From positions 3,188 to 67,187 of IMG/VR virus record IMGVR_UViG_3300042280_000089: a stretch of 64,000 nt of DNA. One strand, 5' to 3'. Each line of letters opens with the position of its first letter. Position 1 is the stretch's first letter. The notes beneath the pieces are model-generated. The model was given only the letters and a program-made list of their open reading frames with translations. It had not been told where the DNA came from and searched no databases. Origin of the DNA: a virus (Duplodnaviria > Caudoviricetes). Both the position numbers and the translations under genes were made by a program. Shown here piece after piece: positions 58,101-64,000 of the stretch.

Positions 58101-61100
58101 ATTACCGAAAGATATCGGAAATCTGAACGAGCTGATTCAACGCAATCACACTATTCAGAGTCAGGTGAAGGCAATCAAGGATGAAGTGACGCAAGCTCCG
58201 GGGTACTGGAACCAGTATTACATGGAGAATGCAGCGCACGGTACCGAAGGTGCCGACAAGCTCACAAAACCGGAATTGCCGACAAGCGAAGAGGCTGCCA
58301 TTGAGCAAGACCTGAAGGTACTAGAAACCGAGGAAACCGTCGCTCAACCGAAAGTCGTTGCCAACCAGTCTGTATGGGGTGCACTGGCGTCCGAACGGGA
58401 TGTCAAACACCCGATTGGGCCGGTTACACCGGCTGCCCTGCGTGCATTTGGTACAGGGACAACGGTATCAGGGCAGACACTGGTCGATACCCTGTACGCC
58501 TCGCTGCACAAATCCCAGAACAAACTGAGTGTACGGGGCCGCGTAGTTAAAGCACTGCTGGGAAGCATGAGCACCATGCGCGCCCTGAAACAGGTGGAAG
58601 TACGGCTGGTTACGCCAGATATGGATCCGTCTGATCTGGATTACTTTGGTAATGCCGATACTGTCGAAATGTTACAAAGTAACACTTTTGCAGCGACACT
58701 GACGGATCAGAACGGCAATGCGGTCATCTACGTCAAGAGTGCCGATTTTGCGTATCATGGCTTGGCAATGGAAACGCTGGCCCATGAGCTGATTCATGCA
58801 GTGACAGCGGGTACGCTGCGGCGGTTGCCGAACACCCATCCGGTTGTTAAGCAACTGAATGCGGTACTGAAAGCCGTTAAAGCCGAGATGTCACTGGATC
58901 CTGCGTTACAGAACAGTGAAGAACTGCAGCACGCCACAGTGAATATCCGCGAACTGGTGGCCTGGGGACTGTCCAACTCGACTGTTCAGCAACTGCTGAA
59001 AGAGATCGATGTTCAGAAATACCAGAAATCTTTGAACGGGCGCTTCAAAAACGCATTCAGTGCGATGGCAGCAACCATCCGGCATATCTTCTTCAAGGGT
59101 AACTCGCCCAGCGTCACCAATGCGTTTGATCTGCTGCTGGAAGCCACGTCAAAAGCGCTGGATCTGACTGAGCAGAACGCCAATCCGTCCGCTGCTTCAG
59201 TGGATGCACAGCGTTCACCGCAGGACAAGATGGAAGATCAGGTAGCGCGGATGACACCGGTCGAACTGTTCGATGCACTGGAAGGTTCACCGACAGCTGA
59301 TGCAACCCGTCTGCGCAGTATTGTAGAAACGTTGACTCAGCACCTGTCAATGGAGGAGCTGGAAGCGCGCAACCGTAAACGGGGCGTATACAGCAACACG
59401 GATCTGTACATGGATGCGTTGGTGAACGACCGCATTCCGTTCATTTCATCGGTACGTTCAGCGGGTTTTGATCTGAGCCAGCAGGAACTGTTTGTCCTGG
59501 AGCAGATTGAAGCGGCTACCGCAGCAGGGGTGGAACTGAATGCAAAAGCCCGTCAGGAACTGGATACTTTGTGGGAGATTGCTCGAGATCGGATTCCGCT
59601 GAATGTGTTTGCCTCTCGCCCGGATCTGGATCTGGATGATCCGCGCAATCGAGCTGAACACGAAGCAGCTGAGCGCCGTCGAGATTGGGTATTCCAACCG
59701 GAGATCCAGCATACCCGTCAAGCCGATGCTGCCAGCGCAACAGGGTACAGCGACCGGTTTGAATCCGATTATCTAGGTCGCTTCATGGGTCTGGCGATGG
59801 TTCATACACCGTTCCGGGCAGCGCTGGAAAACCTGGATGTATCCAAGGCAGGTAAAGGTACCGGTACCTTCTCAGAACGTCTGCAGCGGATCCTGAACGC
59901 GATTCTGGATGTCTTTAGTTCCTTTATGGGTCGAAGCACACCCAGTGCACGCGCAAGTGAGCGCATCGAGCAACTGATGCAGTCCTTGGCGGATGTGCAG
60001 GTACGCCATCAGTCAGTGCTGGTTCAACAGATGCTGCGCCGTCTGGAGCAGACATCTGAGAAAGCCAATGCCGGTATGCGTGTGGCGATGCAGAAAGTAG
60101 ATGCGTTTGCCCGATCCGACAAGATGCTCAAGAGCGGAAACCGCATCAAGAGCACAGCGGGCGCTGCTATCTCAATGGTGGCCGGGGATCGAGTGGATGA
60201 GTACATGCACTGGCTTAAAGAGGCATTCAAGCCGTACCGCCAAGGTACCGAAGGCATCGTAGGTTCGCTGATTACCGAGATGGCAGGTCAGAACAAAGGC
60301 AATGCACGTTTCCACAATCTACTGCGGTACGTGAAGAAGCGTGTTGACCAGGCTCGTCGTCATGCCAACCAGCAAACCCGTGACATGATCCGTGACAGCT
60401 TCAGCCGTAAGTTGACTGACACCGAACGGGAAGCACTGACGGCAGCGGTACTGGAAACTGATCTGTCCAGCATTCTGAATCGGTACGGGATGTCGAAACT
60501 GAGCGCCATGATCCTGAGTGATGTACCGCTGGTACAGGCAATTCAGGATGAGCTGAGTAAAGCCAAAGAGCAGCTGCCGAAAGAGGTGCTGGCCGAGATC
60601 CAGAGTCAGGCCAAGTATCTGGCTTGGTTCATGGCAACAGGCGAAAACAAAAGTGATGCACCGCTGTCATTGAATGCTGAACTGATGGTACTGAATGGGC
60701 CGAACAGCCAACAGCTGAGCGGTAATGCGCGTAAAGCGGCTGTACAGCTGGGGGATACCTTGGCATCCCTGTATGCCCTGCACTATGTACCGCTGGATGT
60801 GCGTAATGAACTGCGTTTGCTGTTACGGGATGAAGCACGTCGAGACGATAAAGGACATGGAGTGGAAACCATGCTGCGGTTACATACCGCGCTGAAGCAG
60901 GAAGCCTTAGCGAAGAACTTCGACGGTAACCCAGTACAGATGATGAAAGGGTACTTGCCGGAGGTTGTCGATCCGCATGTACAGTTCAAACTCATGCCGA
61001 TGAAACTGACGGTAGAGGAACAGAAAGACCTTGAGCGTCGCGGATATACACCGTCGCATGTTGTCATGCCGGATCCGAATGATCCGATTCAGGAGCCTCA

Positions 61101-62724
61101 CCGTGTCTGGGTCAGTGAAACAGATGGCCTTGAGCCGTACATGGCAGCGATTGTGTCTATGACCAATGAAAAGAGTAAGGGTTCCGATGTGGAGTACCGT
61201 ACTCGCAAAGAGCTGGCCATGATGGTACGTCAGAAGCAGCAAGCAGCTCAGCAGCTGAGTACTCAGGCCAACATCGATCCTGGTTCAGTCAAGGGTAGCC
61301 GCATGGTACCGGTCTACGATGGGAACGGTCAGATTGTACGTTTCCGTTACATGATGACAAAAGCCAACCGCAAGAGCCTGCTCAAGCGCAGTACGCTGGC
61401 AGATGATCTGCTGGGTCATTTGGCTGGTAGCATCGTGGATAAGGCTGAATCCAAGGAGCTGAACGCACAAACTGTCAAAGCACTGAAGCTGCAGTATCAG
61501 GACGACCTTAAAGAGGGTCGTGATGAGTTTGTCCTGGTCGGGCCGAACAGCACAGATCCTTCACTACAGGAAGTGTACGCCCTGTTACCCACTGCCATGA
61601 AGGAAGAGATCCAGAAGGTATGGGGCAGTCAGGGAATGTTGGTGCGCCGTGACCTGGTGGATCTGGTGTTTGGGTACCATAAGTTCAGCTTAACCAGCTG
61701 GTGGAACATCCCGCCGGAGCAACGCAAGCTGCATCAGGAGCTGTTTATTCAGGTTGCAGAGATGCTGTTACCTAAAGGGACAGTCAGCAAGCTGAATCTG
61801 GCTGGAAACCTGTGGCAGGAGATTATCCGGGAAGTCAAAGACATCTGGGTTATCAAGAACCTGTTTACGTTGATGAGTAACGCGGTATCTAACACCACGG
61901 TACTCTGGGCCAGCGGTGTACCGGTGAACCGTATCATCAAGTGGCAGCAGGAAGGGTACAACCTGATCTCGGCATACCAGAAAGATCAAAAAGCATTGGG
62001 ATTTGCGGAGCAGGCGTTGGCAGTGGAAAAAACCAAGGTCACGCCGGATGCGGCAACCGTTCGACGGTTGGAAGGGGACATCGCTCGACTGAAAAATCGC
62101 ATGAGCCAAAGCAAGATGCACGAATTGATCGAGGCAGGGGTATTCCAGACCATCATTGAAGACCTGGATGTGGATGAGGAGGAGTTTTCATATAAACAGC
62201 GTCTGACGGATAAGGTGGATCAACTGACTGCCGGTATTCCAGAAAGTGTGAAAACCGTTGCGAGCGAGTTAATGCTTACACGTCGAAGCAAGGCGTATCA
62301 GACACTGAGCCATCTGACTCAAGTCAGTGACTTGGTGGCTCGTTATGCCCTGTATCGGCATTTGACTGAACGGAAAAAGAATCCGCTCAGCAAAGCTGAA
62401 GCCATCGAGAAAGTGGTTAAGCGTTTTGTGAACTACGATGTCCCGACTCATCGACTGATCCAGTGGGGCAACGATATGGGTCTGATCTGGTTCAGTAAGT
62501 ACTACCTGCGTATTCAGGCAGCGCTGTGGGAGATGATGAAAGAGGAACCTGCGCGTATGTTGTCACTGGCAACCACACAAGGGATCGTGGACTTCTGGAA
62601 CATCTACGATTCACTGGCCACACCGGGTACGCTGATGAACCGCTTCCATAACCCGATTGGTGCAGTCATCACGTCACCGGATGACATCATCACAGTACAG
62701 GCATCAGGTGCCTTGATCGACTGA
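52147..62724 (+). CDS. virion-encapsidated RNA polymerase (N4 gp50-like)
   Basis: 3525 aa; no Cys found on reading; motif A EVDGVTNG, motif B RKMGKQPTMITVYG, motif C SVFDG. Confidence 0.95.
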   Translation: MWPFEETPYSIQNIRDKHEKLRQASEAKRKLLSSLTPLSDTQKAEIFTAPEDPASVYLPEDRASAQLDAALRAGLDKIQQQNQENWRQWHEQGSLTGYVKNTAAQVADKVSNIAIAPVTVPTAIAGMGMIGQVDQAARDAYFGLKQVAEGKHASARSRAELDAALLKGVITPEEHQQALAAVNAYEGNLKVPEDLSALQKPTPLLPFGSRLSDMLDLGIKVDGFNRPTQGKTLQRGEKLIDISSTVYKAQEDTIGKVVDDTRVNKLAGDVYDAFKGTSDKSVLEAIADNKTGAADIVTEAAAEIAMFLSSGGLSALGKVGRVVGTLAQASVVGESATEASAQVLEGMQEILQRDGTITADQIAGLIAGGAAYAGLDYAEVGVLANALKKNTPLLKALQKQDGDGRLVRIAKDTLNRTGAVTAVGAKEGLVGGAQGGLEETVLKDNYDLDQVDMAKVATDAVLETIGATGVSGTKEGLGLTRDTAKNLLMRSQDSQQSGADNTNTLESSMEIDKEHPLSKIRDAVLQPELSSTDKEKFQKDAFKTLSEMFDQQDALVKRYESLQGSTEPSAQQEAVNIDQQIKAINEQIRAAQKLLDEIVVATADTEVEKAAEKLATQDTDAETAQVEAMRLITAASRDPNSISTDALNKILSSAALTPAQRTYFEAFAAARESVQDVEELNGVGRTTNDVIYGNPELGWKGIKQYRRELASHLAAGNEVGTKRTLQQLSRFAEHQSQKAQDFRTAFEAIKEMKLKRGELSPERREQLRAAVKQVSENYTQQDGKPYRFTARTPESLVTAVEAEAQALNNLLVESQAQQQLMKSMASASEQAKAVREEVSPIEPEQTTERVDVTQTAANARPAPVNTATAKKAPVSARQTDSVTPATEASVMEGTAAPAENAQTAVSNEPAPITQQTEQVQQTTQTQEQQADSPVDSDEVDQATDTDIAPDTQEEGDEPKKKAWTDSLFTGFSERIRGFFSSKQETQNLLAADPDFMRKLREDDWSSIEERLGEPLSARQKEALKGFVEFHDRVVDFLTQHLKEAPEKQSDSIKQSFSTRLLRNPNNPAELNDAAVAALSLSMFTWLGTQASGTIYNNDRTINHLIGRRGSAPVPNTLRELMIDAGTGANTLAENLGRQARQLLGIQATTHAPENAMKWLEADLGNVAILVLRDPSFGALTYSQIAPRTILDTLPENQQRQMKLKANMAPLSFYRAATVREHVEGTDVLAERPAPIIRSASELLSGTDNLMSRVFGEDLNAKEPSFHDQVPITRTMRGTRQKLSEAVRKKLGRAQRVKWEIKDQVVTDLDRLSTDTQLALFGYKPGAENHVMRDRQKSVKAQNEAAVRSYEHFKRLKEQVQERLEAGKAATFHFSYFVARQMRTHMDSNTVNPQADKNHRFLVRQQKWVTEIDPNNSEQVDRFMLALAEGLDLDRDKHMEERTLKAVAQRLSEADAKKAIKALQQLRQKADLPAEMRQAYELAIQQFVLNAGTGMHAFDVLVQHVNYLEAKDSGQTFTADVMPEVDGVTNGPIIGLIQFAGAATAERLKQMLGKGGIYFDGRQNLAEWKLDPNNLDAYQETSNGLMHALQASLGSLKAEDPGEYTRLKQALKYFGSNIVLKDDGTIEVARKMGKQPTMITVYGAGDGATKSDTVEAFLEGVRDALEGAYKAGDVRQANSIIHDFNMIAGARVLKPVKAVEQILDQSVRSTGAIDQLVGEYVGGAMLKAVGQNYGMFRTHRAHFNALLQVVNTVYVHEYQKAYRVRQEELIEEGTLQPGELLPRTEARAIEKQLQNLMPLVHTLYSKETDSLDEALFVGRYTTERMYGEGSVGTGLKTKQAVPVHKGIVKTRKDPKTGQQRIRIIPASEASVYELNTNTTTIAREIPDPELGVGAAILGIHSLDAYVAMEMLGNANVLSVFDGFGFAMGQEVDGAKQLNRHFHHAMQTYSLMDEANATFQRVLEHLKDNVAADSKELRELQKKIASALPKDIGNLNELIQRNHTIQSQVKAIKDEVTQAPGYWNQYYMENAAHGTEGADKLTKPELPTSEEAAIEQDLKVLETEETVAQPKVVANQSVWGALASERDVKHPIGPVTPAALRAFGTGTTVSGQTLVDTLYASLHKSQNKLSVRGRVVKALLGSMSTMRALKQVEVRLVTPDMDPSDLDYFGNADTVEMLQSNTFAATLTDQNGNAVIYVKSADFAYHGLAMETLAHELIHAVTAGTLRRLPNTHPVVKQLNAVLKAVKAEMSLDPALQNSEELQHATVNIRELVAWGLSNSTVQQLLKEIDVQKYQKSLNGRFKNAFSAMAATIRHIFFKGNSPSVTNAFDLLLEATSKALDLTEQNANPSAASVDAQRSPQDKMEDQVARMTPVELFDALEGSPTADATRLRSIVETLTQHLSMEELEARNRKRGVYSNTDLYMDALVNDRIPFISSVRSAGFDLSQQELFVLEQIEAATAAGVELNAKARQELDTLWEIARDRIPLNVFASRPDLDLDDPRNRAEHEAAERRRDWVFQPEIQHTRQADAASATGYSDRFESDYLGRFMGLAMVHTPFRAALENLDVSKAGKGTGTFSERLQRILNAILDVFSSFMGRSTPSARASERIEQLMQSLADVQVRHQSVLVQQMLRRLEQTSEKANAGMRVAMQKVDAFARSDKMLKSGNRIKSTAGAAISMVAGDRVDEYMHWLKEAFKPYRQGTEGIVGSLITEMAGQNKGNARFHNLLRYVKKRVDQARRHANQQTRDMIRDSFSRKLTDTEREALTAAVLETDLSSILNRYGMSKLSAMILSDVPLVQAIQDELSKAKEQLPKEVLAEIQSQAKYLAWFMATGENKSDAPLSLNAELMVLNGPNSQQLSGNARKAAVQLGDTLASLYALHYVPLDVRNELRLLLRDEARRDDKGHGVETMLRLHTALKQEALAKNFDGNPVQMMKGYLPEVVDPHVQFKLMPMKLTVEEQKDLERRGYTPSHVVMPDPNDPIQEPHRVWVSETDGLEPYMAAIVSMTNEKSKGSDVEYRTRKELAMMVRQKQQAAQQLSTQANIDPGSVKGSRMVPVYDGNGQIVRFRYMMTKANRKSLLKRSTLADDLLGHLAGSIVDKAESKELNAQTVKALKLQYQDDLKEGRDEFVLVGPNSTDPSLQEVYALLPTAMKEEIQKVWGSQGMLVRRDLVDLVFGYHKFSLTSWWNIPPEQRKLHQELFIQVAEMLLPKGTVSKLNLAGNLWQEIIREVKDIWVIKNLFTLMSNAVSNTTVLWASGVPVNRIIKWQQEGYNLISAYQKDQKALGFAEQALAVEKTKVTPDAATVRRLEGDIARLKNRMSQSKMHELIEAGVFQTIIEDLDVDEEEFSYKQRLTDKVDQLTAGIPESVKTVASELMLTRRSKAYQTLSHLTQVSDLVARYALYRHLTERKKNPLSKAEAIEKVVKRFVNYDVPTHRLIQWGNDMGLIWFSKYYLRIQAALWEMMKEEPARMLSLATTQGIVDFWNIYDSLATPGTLMNRFHNPIGAVITSPDDIITVQASGALID

Positions 62725-62738
62725 TCGCACCTGTACTC

Positions 62739-62773
62739 AAAAAGCCGCTGCATGAAATGTGTAGCGGCTTTTT
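62739..62773. terminator. bidirectional terminator between vRNAP and converging minus-strand genes
   Basis: AAAAAGCCGCT...AGCGGCTTTTT. Confidence 0.85.
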
Positions 62774-63002
62774 CTTAGAAAGAGAACACCTTGCTTTCCG
62801 CCATGCGTGCAAGGGTAAAACGCATTCCGGTTACTGGAACGTATCGAGAAGGGGAGAACGATAGGGCGGGACGAATTTAAGGTATCAGAGTATTCGTCGA
62901 AAACTCTCTACACAGCCTACTATTCAGATATAGGAATAACTTACTCAAACCCACACACCCAGCGGCAGGAGTGGCTTTGTTCCGCTACCGTTGGCTCGCT
63001 CG

Positions 63003-63358
63003 GCTTGATCACGACTGCACCTCCTTCGCTTTCTGCGCATCCCAGTAATACCAACGACACTCCGGCAATTCACCCAAATGTCCTTGTGAGTATCGTGCAC
63101 GGCCCTTTTCTGTCGGATCGCCTGCCGGAGTGATAAAGCCAGCCTCAGCGCAACGCTCTAGGTAGAACTGATGCCCTCCGAGGCTGCCAAAGAAATATCC
63201 TGAATCCCCCTGCTCAATGATGCCTTTCAATATTGCGTCGAAGATCCGAATATCGATATCAGCAACTGACAGCGGGTAATCACCGCTCAGATTCTCGATG
63301 GCCTCGTCAACCTCTTCGGCCCATATCCCTGCATGCTTGATCACGACTGCACCTCCTT
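63003..63358 (-). repeat. 24-bp direct repeat (63003-63026 and 63335-63358) spanning stop, SD and start
   Basis: GCTTGATCACGACTGCACCTCCTT occurs twice; both ORFs end AKEVQS. Confidence 0.9.
63009..63344 (-). CDS. hypothetical protein
   Basis: GTG start overlapping the upstream TGA; SD AAGGAGG. Confidence 0.6.
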   Translation of the reverse strand: MIKHAGIWAEEVDEAIENLSGDYPLSVADIDIRIFDAILKGIIEQGDSGYFFGSLGGHQFYLERCAEAGFITPAGDPTEKGRARYSQGHLGELPECRWYYWDAQKAKEVQS

Positions 63359-63820
63359 GGCTTGCTGGCGGAGTTGGTTGGCGTATTCTCGCATCCACTT
63401 AACCATCTCGCGGTGATTTGCAGTGTTCTGCGCCACTGCGTTGATGTGTAGTGCCGCGCTCTTCAGGGAGTCAAACGCCGCGCCTCCGTTGCGCTCAACC
63501 ATCTGTGCTACCGCCCCGAGGGATTTCCATTGCCCGTCCGTGAACTTCTCGTCACCGTCGTCGCGCAACCTGACAAACACGGTTCGCTCCGGGCGCTTAT
63601 TACTGTCGTCGATCACTTCCGCAACCGAATAAACCCCGGTCATCTTCGGTGTAATGACGTACAAACACACGTCGCATTCTTCCCGCTGCCGAAGTTCTTC
63701 GGCCATGCAGTCAGGCGTCCAGTCATCAACCACCGGGTTGAAAAAGTCAACTTCGAGCATCGGAATAATCCGGTTGCGCCAATCCGATTCGTTACACGTA
63801 CCACCCAAAAATACTTTCAT
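63341..63820 (-). CDS. nucleoside 2-deoxyribosyltransferase-like protein
   Basis: KVFLGGTC..SDWR, FNPVVDDWT, YVITPKMTGVYSVAE. Confidence 0.85.
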   Translation of the reverse strand: MKVFLGGTCNESDWRNRIIPMLEVDFFNPVVDDWTPDCMAEELRQREECDVCLYVITPKMTGVYSVAEVIDDSNKRPERTVFVRLRDDGDEKFTDGQWKSLGAVAQMVERNGGAAFDSLKSAALHINAVAQNTANHREMVKWMREYANQLRQQAKEVQS

Positions 63821-63876
63821 TTTCCTACTTCCTTTCTTAGGTTAGCCGTCACAGCGGCGTGTATCCGCTCTCGAAG

Positions 63877-64000
63877 TGCATATTCCGGCCCATCGTGACC
63901 GCCCATTCCGTTTGAACGTGACCGCCTGTTCCGGTTGATCGTGACCGCTCATTCCGTTTTATCGTGACCGATTTCGGGCGTTTTTCCGGAATCACCGGTC
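63877..64000 (+). mobile_element. terminal region of an IS21-family insertion sequence
   Basis: Starts TGCATATTCC; CGTGACCG at 63894, 63917, 63940 and 63963 (23-bp period), like IS21 multi-site ends. Confidence 0.8.

Noticed and set aside
62780-63000. Prophage-host boundary (attL/attR) after vRNAP
   Set aside because: No second att core copy or tRNA; the downstream ORFs are phage-like and converge on a bidirectional terminator, as expected for the end of the middle operon.
63890-63975. CRISPR-like array
   Set aside because: The 23-bp period leaves no room for spacers, no cas genes are present, and the pattern fits IS21 terminal repeats.

Overview
The window is about 64 kb of an N4-like (Schitoviridae-type) podophage genome, identified from recognisable motifs and gene order; no database searches were run. 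The minus strand carries the early and middle genes: gp1/gp2-like genes, the two-subunit RNAPII, an AAA+vWA pair, helicase, family A DNA polymerase, ThyX, a gp42-like nuclease, primase, a gp44-like ATPase and the start of SSB. The plus strand carries the late genes: terminase, tail fibres, lysis cassette, portal, capsid, ejection proteins and a 3525-aa cysteine-free virion RNA polymerase (vRNAP). Unusually for an N4-like phage, it has a P4-type tyrosine integrase, an AlpA-type excisionase and a complete two-armed attP whose core is the 3' end of a tRNA-Leu. The expected virion-end junction is also internal, so the sequence reads as a circular or excised form of a temperate N4-like phage. An IS21-family end begins at the right edge. 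Three self-splicing elements interrupt core genes: two group I introns with HNH genes in two ATPase genes, and an Ala1 class-3-type intein in TerL. Non-coding structure includes four C-GAA-G hairpin vRNAP promoter candidates with a shared YCCAC at fixed spacing, a second GGA-loop hairpin family, two G.A-rich ssDNA hairpins, late leaders whose ribosome-binding site sits in an inverted repeat, and a stable-RNA-like sigma70 promoter inside attP.
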